NCBI GenBank assembly: GCA_028275325.1 | Contig: JAPWUW010000002.1 | Span: 1-36,651 of the forward strand | Direction of reading: 5' to 3' | Origin: Anaerolineae bacterium | Lineage (GTDB): Bacteria; Chloroflexota; Anaerolineae; DRVO01 | DNA length: 36,651 nucleotides | In this document: positions 16,285 to 25,719 of the stretch, piece after piece | How the letters are laid out: each line of letters opens with the position of its first letter | Position numbering within the stretch: the stretch's first letter is position 1 | Position numbers and translations under genes: made by a program | The notes under the pieces: generated by a model | Told to the model about the DNA's origin: nothing | Seen by the model: the letters and a program-made list of their open reading frames with translations, nothing else | The model's database searches: none

Positions 16285-16315
16285 GCCTGCCGGTAGGGCC
16301 TTGTATTCTGGCAAG

Positions 16316-16338
16316 AGAGGGTGGCTTTGCCACCCTCT
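16316..16338 (+). promoter_or_regulatory. intercistronic stem-loop after the SBP gene (AGAGGGTGG ctttg CCACCCTCT)
   Basis: Read directly: a 9-bp perfect stem and a 5-nt loop, with no U-tract. It lies between the SBP stop (16284) and the permease start (16390). Confidence 0.55.
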
Positions 16339-16389
16339 ACCCCCTCTTCGTCAGCACACAAGGCTTGACGCGCACCCAGGAGAGCGAGT

Positions 16390-17322
16390 TTGGCTGAGGC
16401 GACCTTCACGCTGAGAGCTAGCAAGGGCGCAAGTGCCTCTCGAGCCAGGCGCAGCGCCTCCAAGCAGTTCCTGCAGGCCCTGCCGTTCCTTGCACCTACC
16501 ATCTTCGGCTTCTTCGTGTTTGTCTCTGGGCCAGTTGTGGCCGCTCTTGCGTTTAGCTTCACCAAGTGGGATCTGCTCACCCCGCCGAAGTGGGTCGGGC
16601 TCGGCAACTACCAGCAGATGGCGAGCATGCCTCTTTTCTGGAAGACGCTTGGCAACACCTTTTATTACACCGTGCTCTACCTTGTGCCTGGAATCATCTT
16701 GCCGCTGCTGGCCGCTATCTTTCTCAATCAGAAGGCCAAAGCCATCAGCATCTACCGCAGCATTTTCTTCTTGCCTGTTATAACCTCTACCGTTGCAGTC
16801 GCCCTTGTATGGTTGTGGCTGTACAACCCTGAGCTTGGCATCATCAACTACCTTTTGAGCCTGGTGGGCATCAAGGGGCCGCGCTGGCTTGCCGACCCAA
16901 GGACAGCCATGCCCTCAATTGTCATCATGAGCGTCTGGAAGGGCCTCGGCTACACAATGGTCATTTACTTGGCCGGGCTCCAGGGCATCCCGCAAGAGCT
17001 CTACGAGGCGGCGGCAATAGACGGCGCAGGGCGCTTCCGCCGCCACATCCACGTGACGCTGCCGCTGCTCACGCCGACTATTTTTTTCGTGCTCGTCACC
17101 ACTATCATGGGTTCGCTGCAGGTTTTCGAGCAGACCTACATGCTCACCCAGGGTGGCCCAGCCTATTCCACCACGACGCTTTCCTGGTACATCTACGTCC
17201 AGGCCTTTCAGTGGTTGCACATGGGCTTTGGCTGTGCCCTGGCCTACGTGCTCTTCTTCATCATACTGGTGCTCACGCTCATACAGTTCCGCATACAACG
17301 CATGTGGGTTTTCTATGGCTAG
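16390..17322 (+). CDS. ABC sugar transporter permease (MalF/UgpA-like)
   Basis: TTG start after AGGAGAG. There are six hydrophobic segments and the EAA-type loop YEAAAIDGAGRFRRHIHVTLPLL. Confidence 0.85.
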   Translation: MAEATFTLRASKGASASRARRSASKQFLQALPFLAPTIFGFFVFVSGPVVAALAFSFTKWDLLTPPKWVGLGNYQQMASMPLFWKTLGNTFYYTVLYLVPGIILPLLAAIFLNQKAKAISIYRSIFFLPVITSTVAVALVWLWLYNPELGIINYLLSLVGIKGPRWLADPRTAMPSIVIMSVWKGLGYTMVIYLAGLQGIPQELYEAAAIDGAGRFRRHIHVTLPLLTPTIFFVLVTTIMGSLQVFEQTYMLTQGGPAYSTTTLSWYIYVQAFQWLHMGFGCALAYVLFFIILVLTLIQFRIQRMWVFYG

Positions 17323-17331
17323 GGGGTACAT

Positions 17332-18222
17332 ATGCTGTCGTTGGCCACAGCACGGCGCCGCACAAGAGCCAAGCAGGGCCCGTTTTGGCTGGCGCTCCTC
17401 GGGGGCGTGTTTAAGCCGGTGGTGGTGCATGGCCTGCTCATACTGGCCAGCTTGATCATGGCCTTGCCCTTCATCTGGATGGTCCTGAGTTCTTTCAAGA
17501 CTCAGCCTGAGATCTTTATATTCCCGCCGCGCCTCTTGCCGCGCGTCTGGCGCTGGCAGAACTACGTCGAGGTCACGCGCGCGATGCCGTTTGGCTGGTT
17601 CACTTTCAACAGCATAAAGATCGCCTTTCTCGTCGTGCTGGGCACTGTCCTCTCCGCATCGCTTGCAGCCTACGCCTTTGCGCGCATGCAGTTCCCTGGC
17701 CGCGAGACGATGTTCCTCATTTGGATTGGCTGCATGATGATACCTGGGCAGGTGACGCTCATACCGCAGTTTGTCCTCTTTCGCTCCTTTGGCTGGCTCG
17801 ACACGCACCTGCCGCTCGTTGTGCCAAGCTTCTTCGGCAACGCCTTCGGCACGTTTCTGTTGCGGCAATTTTTCATGACCATCCCCATGGAGCTCGAGGA
17901 CGCGGCTGTGGTGGATGGCGCAAGCAACTTCCGCATCTACTGGACCATCATGATGCCGCTTGCCATGCCCGCAATTGCCACGCTTGCGGTGTTCACGTTT
18001 ATGGGCAGCTGGAACAATCTCCTCGGGCCAGTGATTTACCTCACCACCTATAAGAAGATGACGCTGCCCGTTGGCCTGGCCTTTTTCCGCGGCCAATATG
18101 GAACACAGTGGCCGCTCCTCATGGCCGGCGCGACGATAAGCGTGTTGCCCATCGTGGCCCTGTACGTGTTCGCCCAGCGCTATTTCGTCCAGGGCGTCGT
18201 CATGAGCGGCCTGAAGGGCTGA
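17332..18222 (+). CDS. ABC sugar transporter permease (MalG/UgpE-like)
   Basis: EAA-type loop LEDAAVVDGASNFRIYWTIMMPLAMP with a multi-TM profile, immediately downstream of the first permease. Confidence 0.85.
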   Translation: MLSLATARRRTRAKQGPFWLALLGGVFKPVVVHGLLILASLIMALPFIWMVLSSFKTQPEIFIFPPRLLPRVWRWQNYVEVTRAMPFGWFTFNSIKIAFLVVLGTVLSASLAAYAFARMQFPGRETMFLIWIGCMMIPGQVTLIPQFVLFRSFGWLDTHLPLVVPSFFGNAFGTFLLRQFFMTIPMELEDAAVVDGASNFRIYWTIMMPLAMPAIATLAVFTFMGSWNNLLGPVIYLTTYKKMTLPVGLAFFRGQYGTQWPLLMAGATISVLPIVALYVFAQRYFVQGVVMSGLKG

Positions 18223-18250
18223 GCGGCCCACCACACCAAGGGGAGACGTA

Positions 18251-19543
18251 ATGGCATTGCTGGCCGGTGCAGCCAAGGCGGACATCACCCCACAGCCGGG
18301 CGTCGACCTCACGGGCTACATTGCGCGCCTGAACCCCTCCATTGGGGTGCACGACAGGCTCTATTGCCGCGCGCTGGCCTTCTCAGACGGGCAAGCCACG
18401 CTCCTTCTGCTCAGCTGCGACCTTATCGGGTTCGGCATCGAGTATGCGCGGTGGGTCAAAGCTGAGCTGGAGCGCGCCACTGGGATCCCGCCTGCAAACA
18501 TAATGCTCTGTGCCACCCACACGCACTCCGGCCCCGCGACAATCTTTCTGGAGGGCTGCGGCCAACTGGCGCTGGACTACCTGGCCGGTTTGCCCTCTCA
18601 GATTGTTGCGGCCTCCCGGGGCGCCCTCGCCGCCCTGCAGCCGGTGGACCTTCGCGTGGCCAAGACAAAGGTTCCGGGAGTGGCCGTCAACCGGCGAGAG
18701 CCAGCACGTGGCCCTACCGACGACGAGCTGACAGTCGTCCTCCTGCAGGGCCCCGATGGCACGCCGCAAGCTGCTGCGTTGCACTATAGCTGCCACGCCG
18801 TCGTGCTTGGCCCGGATAACCGCCTCATCTCGGCGGATTTTCCGGGCGCTGCCTGTGCGCACTGGGAACGCAAGATGCGCTCACTCTGCTTTTACCTGCA
18901 GGGGCCTTGCGGAGATATCAACCCGCACAGTCACCCCGGCTCCTTTGCCGACGTGGAGGAAACCGGTGGGAGGCTGGCGGAGGCAGCTCTTGAATGCGCA
19001 AGCAGCCAGGCAGCAATGGGGACCATCGATGCGCACTTGCTGCGCGCCCGGTTGCAAGCCATTCGCCTGCCCCTTGCCGCACCGCCACAGTTGCCGGATC
19101 TATTCGCCTTTCGCTCTGAGCACCTGGCTGGCGCCGGCGAAGTTGAGGCGCAGTTCCAGGAGGCCAGGCAAAGGGTGAACCAGGCCATGGTCGGCTGGTC
19201 AGAGCGCGTCATTGCCGCCTGCTGCTCCGGCTTGCTCTTGCGAGATGTCGAGGTCGACCTGCAGTGCTTTGAAATTGGCGATCTTCTCATCCTGGCCGTG
19301 CCTGGCGAGCTGTTCGTGGAGTACAGCCTGGAGGCAAAACGCCTGGCAGCCCAGGCCGGCAAACACGCACTTGTAGTGGCTTATGCTAACGGCGATATCG
19401 GCTACATCCCGATGCCACATAGCTACGGCGAGGGTGGCTACGAGGTCGAGTGGGCTTACCGCTATTACGGCTACCCGGCGCCAGTTGCTCCGGAGGCGGG
19501 CTTGCGGCTGCGCGAATGGCTGGTTTCCAACATCACCGGCTGA
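18251..19543 (+). CDS. neutral/alkaline non-lysosomal ceramidase N-terminal-domain-like protein (putative amidase)
   Basis: AKADITPQPGVDLTGYIARLNPSIGVHDRLYCRALAF...LLLLSCDL...ATHTHSGP matches the characteristic N-terminal blocks of that family (diTP..g..l.GY, H-D-rL, THTHsgP). Confidence 0.6.
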   Translation: MALLAGAAKADITPQPGVDLTGYIARLNPSIGVHDRLYCRALAFSDGQATLLLLSCDLIGFGIEYARWVKAELERATGIPPANIMLCATHTHSGPATIFLEGCGQLALDYLAGLPSQIVAASRGALAALQPVDLRVAKTKVPGVAVNRREPARGPTDDELTVVLLQGPDGTPQAAALHYSCHAVVLGPDNRLISADFPGAACAHWERKMRSLCFYLQGPCGDINPHSHPGSFADVEETGGRLAEAALECASSQAAMGTIDAHLLRARLQAIRLPLAAPPQLPDLFAFRSEHLAGAGEVEAQFQEARQRVNQAMVGWSERVIAACCSGLLLRDVEVDLQCFEIGDLLILAVPGELFVEYSLEAKRLAAQAGKHALVVAYANGDIGYIPMPHSYGEGGYEVEWAYRYYGYPAPVAPEAGLRLREWLVSNITG

Positions 19544-19603
19544 CCGCACATTTTCCTGGCTTCACGATTGTGGCAGCTCCTTGAGCAGCAAAGGAGGCAA
19601 CAT

Positions 19604-20881
19604 ATGGGCAAGCTCGCTATGACAGGCGGAACACCTGTGCGCGCCAAGCCCTGGCCAGCCTGGCCAGAGGTGGACGAGCGCGACGTTGCGGCCGTGGCAG
19701 AGGTGGTTCGCAGCGGGAAGTGGAGCCGGCTCGGTGGCACAAAATGCCGGCAGTTCGAGCAGGCATTTGCAAAATACCAGGGCGCCAAGTACGGCCTGGG
19801 GGTCTCCTCAGGAACGGCTGCACTGGAGATCGCGCTGCGTGCCATGAAGGTCGGGCCGGGAGATGAGGTGATCGTGCCCCCTTACACGTTCATGGCCACC
19901 GCCACCGCTGTCCTCCAAGTGGGGGCCCTGCCCATTTTTGTCGACATCGACCCCGAGACTTACAACATCAATCCGGACCTGATCGAGGGTTCAATCACAG
20001 AGCGGACAAGGGCGATCATCCCGGTGCACTTTGGAGGCCTTGCTTGCGACATGGATCGCATACTGGCCATAGCGCGCAAGCACGACCTGCTCGTGTTGGA
20101 AGATGCCGCTCATGCCCACGGCGCCAGGTGGAAGGACAAGGGGCTGGGCACTATTGGCGATGCTGGCGCTTTCAGCCTGATGACTGGCAAGAACCTGGCG
20201 GCTGGCGAAGCCGGCATCATCCTCACCGACAGCGCTGAGCTCATGGGCTGGTGTGTGCTCTACCATGATTTCTGGCGGGGCGCTGTGCGCGCCGATGCAG
20301 TTGAATCCGAGCTGCCAGAAGGATGGTCGGTTCGCTTCCCGGTTCTGGCAGGAAACGACCGCATGAATGAGATAGAGGCCGCGCTTCTTCTCTCGCAGCT
20401 GGAGAAGCTGGAGGAGCAGACGCAGCGGCGTGCGGCAAACGGGGACTACCTGAACGGCCTCCTTGCGCAGATCGAAGGCGTGCGGCCCCTCAGGCGCGAC
20501 AGTTACGTCACGCGCAATTCCTATCACCTGCTCGTTTTCCAGTACACGGGCGAGGGCTTCAAGGGGCTCCCGCGAGAGAAGTTCGCGGCGGCCCTGCAGG
20601 CAGAAGGAATTCCCGTGAGCACTGGTTACCAGCGGCCGGTATACCAGCACCCCGTGTTCCTGGAAGCGCAGACTGCGCTGCCTAAAGGCTTCCCGGTGAA
20701 GGGCGGCTACTACGGCCGGGAAATCGACTACAAAGAGGTGCACTGCCCACAGGCGGAGCGGCTCTGCCAGCAGGAGACTCTGTGGTTGGGGCAGAACCTG
20801 TTTCTCGGCACCAGAGCCGACATGGACGACATCGCCGAGGCCATTGCCAAGGTCAAAAGACACGTCGATGAGCTCCTCTAG
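19604..20881 (+). CDS. DegT/DnrJ/EryC1/StrS-family aminotransferase (copy 2, PWPAWP subtype)
   Basis: ATG at 19604 follows AAGGAGG. Motifs are GGTPVRAKPWPAWPEVDERDV, GVSSGTAALEIALRA, GDEVIVPPYTFMATA, DAAHAHGA and the PLP-lysine block FSLMTGKNLAAGEAGIILT. Confidence 0.85.
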   Translation: MGKLAMTGGTPVRAKPWPAWPEVDERDVAAVAEVVRSGKWSRLGGTKCRQFEQAFAKYQGAKYGLGVSSGTAALEIALRAMKVGPGDEVIVPPYTFMATATAVLQVGALPIFVDIDPETYNINPDLIEGSITERTRAIIPVHFGGLACDMDRILAIARKHDLLVLEDAAHAHGARWKDKGLGTIGDAGAFSLMTGKNLAAGEAGIILTDSAELMGWCVLYHDFWRGAVRADAVESELPEGWSVRFPVLAGNDRMNEIEAALLLSQLEKLEEQTQRRAANGDYLNGLLAQIEGVRPLRRDSYVTRNSYHLLVFQYTGEGFKGLPREKFAAALQAEGIPVSTGYQRPVYQHPVFLEAQTALPKGFPVKGGYYGREIDYKEVHCPQAERLCQQETLWLGQNLFLGTRADMDDIAEAIAKVKRHVDELL

Positions 20882-20911
20882 CGGGCGCCAACCCCCGCGG
20901 GCCAAGCCAAG

Positions 20912-22696
20912 ATGAACATTTACCTTCTGGCCGGGGAAGATCCTTCCAAGGGGCTGTGGCCATACGTTCTTGAGATCATGGCCACCGAGGGCTTGCCGAG
21001 GCCTGTCCTCATGAAGCCAGAGGGGCTTTCCCGTCTGTTACCTGTCGGCCGGGCTGTCGTCATTGTCCCTAGCATGGAGCTCTCAGCGAGCACAGCCGAG
21101 CTCCTCGGGCGGCATCTGCGCGGCGGAGGAGGGCTCCTCGCACTCAAGCCCTGCTCGGCTTTGGCCACCGAGCTCGGGCTGCGCAAGCTGCACGGAATCC
21201 CGGACTTTCTGCTTTGCGATGGCTACCTCGAGTTCAACAGGAGCCATCCCCTCTGCGTGGTCCTGCCGCCTCAAATCGATTACCTCCAGTACCATGGCCA
21301 GGCCGAGCCCTACGAGCTGCCGGCAGGCCTCTGTGCAGCCGCCACCCTTTACTGGGGCGGGACGTCCACGACCTGTGGCGCTATAGCCACGGGCCACCTG
21401 CATAAGGGGAAAGCGGCTATCTTCGCGTACGACCTGGCTGCTTCCACGATGCTCTTCCGCCAGGGCTTGCGCCGCCAGAGCAGCCTGGGGGAGCTGCCAG
21501 ACCGCAGTGGCGATAGCATGTTTACCCCTAATGACCTTTTCGTCGGCTTCCTGGATGCAGGGCTGCGGCTGGTGCCGCAGGCTGACCTGCACGCGCGGCT
21601 GTTTGCAAAGGCGCTGGCCTGGCTTTGCGAGGACTGGGCTCCACTGCCGAGGCTCTGGTACTTCCCCGGAGGGAAGCCAGCGGTGGCCCTCATCAATGGC
21701 GATAGCGACGCCATGAGCCGCGAGGAGATGGAGCTATATATCCAGCTGGTTGCCAGGGCGGGTGGGCACTATACCCTGTACCTCATGCGCGAGCACTATG
21801 ACTTGGTTCCGCCCGAGCTAGTCGCCCATTACCTCTCCCTTGGGCACGGTTTTGGCCCGCACATCTGGGCGGGGCCGCGGCCAACGCCGGAAGAGTTCGC
21901 CGCCTGTGCGCAGGAGGAGGTCGCGGCATTTGTGGGCAGGTACGGATTCAGGCCAACTACCACGCGCCACCACTGCGTCATCTGGCCGGGATGGGTTGAA
22001 CCGGCACGTGCGCTCGAGAAGGTAGGGATCCGCATGGAGGTCAACTTCCGTGCGGCGCATTTCTTCCGCGAGGGCTATTTGAGCGGGAGCGGCCTGCCCA
22101 TGCCATACATGGACGAGACGGGAAAGGCCATTGAGGTCCTGCAGCAGCCGACGCTTCTGTGCGACGACTTCCTGTTCCAGAACAAGAGTTACCTGCGGCC
22201 TCTCAAGATGCAGGAAGTGATTGCCCTCACGGATGCCATGCTCGAGGGTTGCGTGCGGGATTACAACACCGTCTTCCAGGCCTACTTTCACCCTGTGTAC
22301 GCCCGCAAAGAGAACCCTCTTGTTCCTGGGACGTACACCGTGCCCTGGCTTGAGCACACTGTGGGCAGGTGTCAGGAGCTGGGCGTGCCAATGCTATCGG
22401 TCCAGGAGTGGTGCGGCTTCGCCTGGGCACGCCGCCGCGTATGGCTGGATAACCTTTCCTTCGAGCCCGGCAGCCGCCTGCTGACGGCCGCGCTTCGCAC
22501 AGAGCTCGGTGCTATTCCCGGGGGCCTTACCATCATGGCGCCTTTGCGCTGGCAGGGGCTGGAGGCCAAGTCGGTGCGCGTTGGCGGGGAGCTCGCCTCG
22601 ACGTGGAGGCGCAGATGGCTCGGCGAGGAGTGGCTCTTTTGCGAATTGCCTGCCCTCGCGGCGAGCCAGCAGCTAAAGATCCTGTACGGGAACTAG
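20912..22696 (+). CDS. conserved hypothetical ~590-aa protein (paralog A); central part deacetylase/hydrolase-barrel-like
   Basis: 594 aa with clear paralogy to 34143..35882: shared blocks PNDLFxGxLDA, PQADxH, PLPRLWY, HCVxWxGxVExARAL, GSGxPM and LGVPxL. I recognise no diagnostic family signature. Confidence 0.6.
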   Translation: MNIYLLAGEDPSKGLWPYVLEIMATEGLPRPVLMKPEGLSRLLPVGRAVVIVPSMELSASTAELLGRHLRGGGGLLALKPCSALATELGLRKLHGIPDFLLCDGYLEFNRSHPLCVVLPPQIDYLQYHGQAEPYELPAGLCAAATLYWGGTSTTCGAIATGHLHKGKAAIFAYDLAASTMLFRQGLRRQSSLGELPDRSGDSMFTPNDLFVGFLDAGLRLVPQADLHARLFAKALAWLCEDWAPLPRLWYFPGGKPAVALINGDSDAMSREEMELYIQLVARAGGHYTLYLMREHYDLVPPELVAHYLSLGHGFGPHIWAGPRPTPEEFAACAQEEVAAFVGRYGFRPTTTRHHCVIWPGWVEPARALEKVGIRMEVNFRAAHFFREGYLSGSGLPMPYMDETGKAIEVLQQPTLLCDDFLFQNKSYLRPLKMQEVIALTDAMLEGCVRDYNTVFQAYFHPVYARKENPLVPGTYTVPWLEHTVGRCQELGVPMLSVQEWCGFAWARRRVWLDNLSFEPGSRLLTAALRTELGAIPGGLTIMAPLRWQGLEAKSVRVGGELASTWRRRWLGEEWLFCELPALAASQQLKILYGN

Positions 22697-23029
22697 CTTG
22701 CCACCGCTGACTTTGCTGGACCCACTCGATGACCGGGGCGAGAGGCTGCGCTCGCTCGGGGGCCAAGTGTCACGGCCAGAGCCTTCCGGTTTTCGTGGCT
22801 CTTGGCTGGTAGGGAGGCCCACGCCTCGGCCAGCCCTGGCGCTGAAGACCCGGAACCAGTCCACCACGAACCAGTAGTCCAGGCCCCTGATTCTGCCCGG
22901 CCTCGACAGCTGCGGCCCACCTATTCGGCGCCTGAAGAGAACCGCCAGATTCAACCCACGAAGAAGCGCCCTGAGTCTCTCAAAGGCAGGTAGCTGGCAA
23001 GGCGCTCCTGATGGGCGTTCGCAGCTAAC

Positions 23030-23075
23030 TTGACGGGAGTAAAGTTCCCTGATATGTTAACAGTAATGTTACTAA
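23030..23075 (+). promoter_or_regulatory. candidate promoter (TTGACG-17 nt-TATGTT) overlapping palindromes TGTTAACA / TAACAgtaaTGTTA upstream of the ROK gene
   Basis: -35 is at 23030-23035 and -10 at 23053-23058. The palindromes lie at 23055-23062 and 23058-23071. This is the most AT-rich stretch I saw in the window, and GGAGAG plus the TTG start follow at 23087/23098. Confidence 0.45.
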
Positions 23076-23097
23076 GCCTCCCTCTTGGAGAGTCTCG

Positions 23098-24306
23098 TTG
23101 CGACGCCGCATCGCTGCACTGCAAAGATCTGCCATCTTGCGACAGATTTGGGTTCACGGGCCTCAGTCTCGCGCTTCCCTTGCCCGCCGGCTCAAGCTGC
23201 GCCCGAGCTCTGTAACCAGCCTCACGCGGGAACTGCTGGATACCGGCCTCCTCAGGGAGGTGGGAGAAGGGCGGCCAAACGGGGGCAGGCCGCCGCTGCT
23301 TTTAGACGTCGATCGGGCCGGCAACTATGCGCTGGCCCTCACGGTGGAATCCAGGGGGCTGACGGTTGCCCTGGTGCGCTGGGATGCGCAGGTCCCACAC
23401 AGGGTCTTTGAGCCAATCCGCCCCGATGAGAACCTGCTGCCCTTCCTGCAGGCCGTGACTCGGACGTGCGAGCGGGTTTTGGCCGAGGCCGGTGTGGGCA
23501 GGGAGCGGGTGCGCGGTGTTGGCGTGGGCATCTCGGCCCTGGTGGATCCGGCGGCCAACGAGGCGGTTTTCTCGAGCACGCTTGCGGCCGTGCAGCGGCT
23601 GCGGCTCGACTTCCTGGCCCAATCCCTGGGGCTGCCCGTGTACCTGGAGGATATCGCCTACATGATGGCGCTGGGGGAGCGCTGGTTTGTCTACCCTGGC
23701 GACCATCGTGCCCTTGTCATGGTCTACGTGGGCGGCGGCACCTGTGGTGCCATCCTTGAGCCATGGGCGCGACCGCATAGCCCGCGCTTTGCCTGCGAGT
23801 TCGGGCACATGGTCGTGGATCCGGATGGGCCACCCTGCGGCTGCGGCAAGCGCGGCTGTCTGGAAGCTTACGTCTCCGAGCGGGCGCTGCTCGTGCAGGC
23901 CGAGCAGCTATTTGGCCGCCGCAATGGTGTGTCACCCACCCTTGCCGCAGTGGCCGAGTGGGCAAAGGAAGGTGACCCTGCGGCCAGGCAGTTCATTGCC
24001 GCCGCGGGGGAGTACCTTGGCGTGATGCTCGCCAACCTTGTGAACGTCCTGGCCCCGGCGCTGGTGGTCGTCGGCGGCTCTCTTCTGGATACTTGGGGCT
24101 CGCTCCTCTGGGCGGAGCTTGAGCGCTGCCTGCAGGAGCACGCTTTGCCGCAGCTTCTCAGGCAGGTGGAAGTGGTGCCGGCAAGGCTGGGCGAGGACGC
24201 GGCGCTGATTGGCTGTGCGGCCAGGGTCATGCAGGCCGTGTGGGAATCCCCCGAAGCTGCACCGGAAAGGGGAGTGCTGGGCAGGGCCGCAGCTGCCCAG
24301 GCTTAG
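23098..24306 (+). CDS. ROK-family transcriptional regulator (N-terminal wHTH plus ROK sugar-kinase-like domain)
   Basis: The wHTH is RSAILRQIWVHGPQSRASLARRLKLRPSSVTSLTRELLDTGLL. The ROK zinc motif is GHMVVDPDGPPCGCGKRGCLEAY. The TTG start is uncertain. Confidence 0.8.
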   Translation: MRRRIAALQRSAILRQIWVHGPQSRASLARRLKLRPSSVTSLTRELLDTGLLREVGEGRPNGGRPPLLLDVDRAGNYALALTVESRGLTVALVRWDAQVPHRVFEPIRPDENLLPFLQAVTRTCERVLAEAGVGRERVRGVGVGISALVDPAANEAVFSSTLAAVQRLRLDFLAQSLGLPVYLEDIAYMMALGERWFVYPGDHRALVMVYVGGGTCGAILEPWARPHSPRFACEFGHMVVDPDGPPCGCGKRGCLEAYVSERALLVQAEQLFGRRNGVSPTLAAVAEWAKEGDPAARQFIAAAGEYLGVMLANLVNVLAPALVVVGGSLLDTWGSLLWAELERCLQEHALPQLLRQVEVVPARLGEDAALIGCAARVMQAVWESPEAAPERGVLGRAAAAQA

Positions 24307-24344
24307 GTGGGGCAGGAAAGGGCAGAGATCGCGGAGGTGCAGAG

Positions 24345-25604
24345 ATGGCGCGTTACCTTGAGGAAAATGTCGGCGGCATTACTGGCGGCTATGCCTTCAA
24401 TGACGGCGTGAAGTTGAAGGTGCCCTACTCGTTCATGGGATCTATCTTCGACGAAGATGAAGAGCAGGCACTCCTGCACGTCCTGCGCCAGGATTCGCTC
24501 ACTTCTGGGCCGCAGGTGGCCTCGTTCCAGAAGGAGTTCGCGAGCTGGTGTGGCGTAAAGCACGCCTTTGCCACAACAAGCTGCACCACGGCCATGCACG
24601 TGGCAACGCAAGCCCTGGGGATCGGGCCGGGGGATGAGGTCATCATCACGCCCAACACCTTCATAGCAACAAGCCTTGCGGTCATCAAGGAAGGCGGCAT
24701 CCCCATCTACGCCGATATCGACCCCAGAACCTACAACATCGATCCGGCTGAGGTGGCCAAGAAGGTGACCCCGAGGACAAAGGCGATCTACGTGGTGCAC
24801 TATGGCGGCCAGATGTGCGACATGGACCCGATCATGGAGATAGCCAGGAAGTACGGGCTGGCTGTCCTTGAGGATTGCGCTCATGCTCACGGCAGCGAGT
24901 ACAAGGGGCGCAAGGCCGGCACCATTGGCGATGTTGGCTGCTTCAGTTTCCACTCCCTCAAGAACATGACCATGGGCGAGGGCGGCATGATCACCACAAA
25001 CCGCGATGACCTCGTGCCCAAGATCGAGCTCCTGCGCAACATGAACATCAAGAGCTGGGAGAACCAGAAGTACTACTGGCTGCCCAGCCATTTCGACGTG
25101 GTGGATGTGGACGGCAAGTGGGGGATCAACTACCGCATGAACGAGTTCCAGGCGGCGCTTGGCCGGGCGCAGCTGCGCAAGCTGCCCATGCTCGTCCAGA
25201 GACGCCGCGAGATCGGCCGGGCCATCAACGAAGGACTGCAGGGGATCAAGGGCATCACGCCGGTGTACGAGGACCCCAACTGCTACCACTCCTACCACCT
25301 CTACACGCTCTGCGTGGAGCAAGAAGAGCTCGGTGCCAGCCGGGATGAATTCATGCGCTGCCTCTACTACGAGGAAGGTGTGCAGGGGATCCTCCATTAT
25401 CAGCCAAACTACGATTTCACGGGCGTGAAGAAGTACCTGCAGGAGCGCGGCTACGGCGGCCAGTTCTGCCCCATAGCGGACAAGTTCTTCTACCGGCGCG
25501 AGCTCAACCTCCCAATGCACCCGCGCCTGACGGAAGAGGACGTGCAAAACATCATCACAGGCGTGCGCAATGCGGCCGAGAAGGTCCGTGGCAGCGGCAA
25601 GTAG
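24345..25604 (+). CDS. DegT/DnrJ/EryC1/StrS-family aminotransferase (copy 3)
   Basis: ATG at 24345 follows GGAGGTG. Motifs are ATTSCTTAMHVATQALG, GDEVIITPNTFIATS, DCAHAHGS and FSFHSLKNMTMGEGGMITT, followed by INYRMNEFQAALG. Confidence 0.85.
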   Translation: MARYLEENVGGITGGYAFNDGVKLKVPYSFMGSIFDEDEEQALLHVLRQDSLTSGPQVASFQKEFASWCGVKHAFATTSCTTAMHVATQALGIGPGDEVIITPNTFIATSLAVIKEGGIPIYADIDPRTYNIDPAEVAKKVTPRTKAIYVVHYGGQMCDMDPIMEIARKYGLAVLEDCAHAHGSEYKGRKAGTIGDVGCFSFHSLKNMTMGEGGMITTNRDDLVPKIELLRNMNIKSWENQKYYWLPSHFDVVDVDGKWGINYRMNEFQAALGRAQLRKLPMLVQRRREIGRAINEGLQGIKGITPVYEDPNCYHSYHLYTLCVEQEELGASRDEFMRCLYYEEGVQGILHYQPNYDFTGVKKYLQERGYGGQFCPIADKFFYRRELNLPMHPRLTEEDVQNIITGVRNAAEKVRGSGK

Positions 25605-25719
25605 AGCAGGGGATGCAAGGCCTGGAGTCCGTCCAGGGGAGCGGGTTTGGCCTGCCTGCAGGCTGGGCGCGCTGTGCGCTGCGGCAGGGCTTCGTGCTGG
25701 AAGCTGAGGAGGGCCTGTC

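Noticed and set aside
14794-16314. The upstream two-thirds of the 913-aa minus ORF 13573..16314.
   Set aside because: It is antisense to the well-supported SBP gene 14914..16284. Only the part downstream of the ATG at 14793 has regulator domains.
22673-22954. 93-aa minus ORF (and other short ORFs) in the 400-bp gap between the 594-aa gene and the ROK gene.
   Set aside because: There is no RBS and no motif, and the composition is typical of random open frames. I treat the region as intergenic and regulatory.
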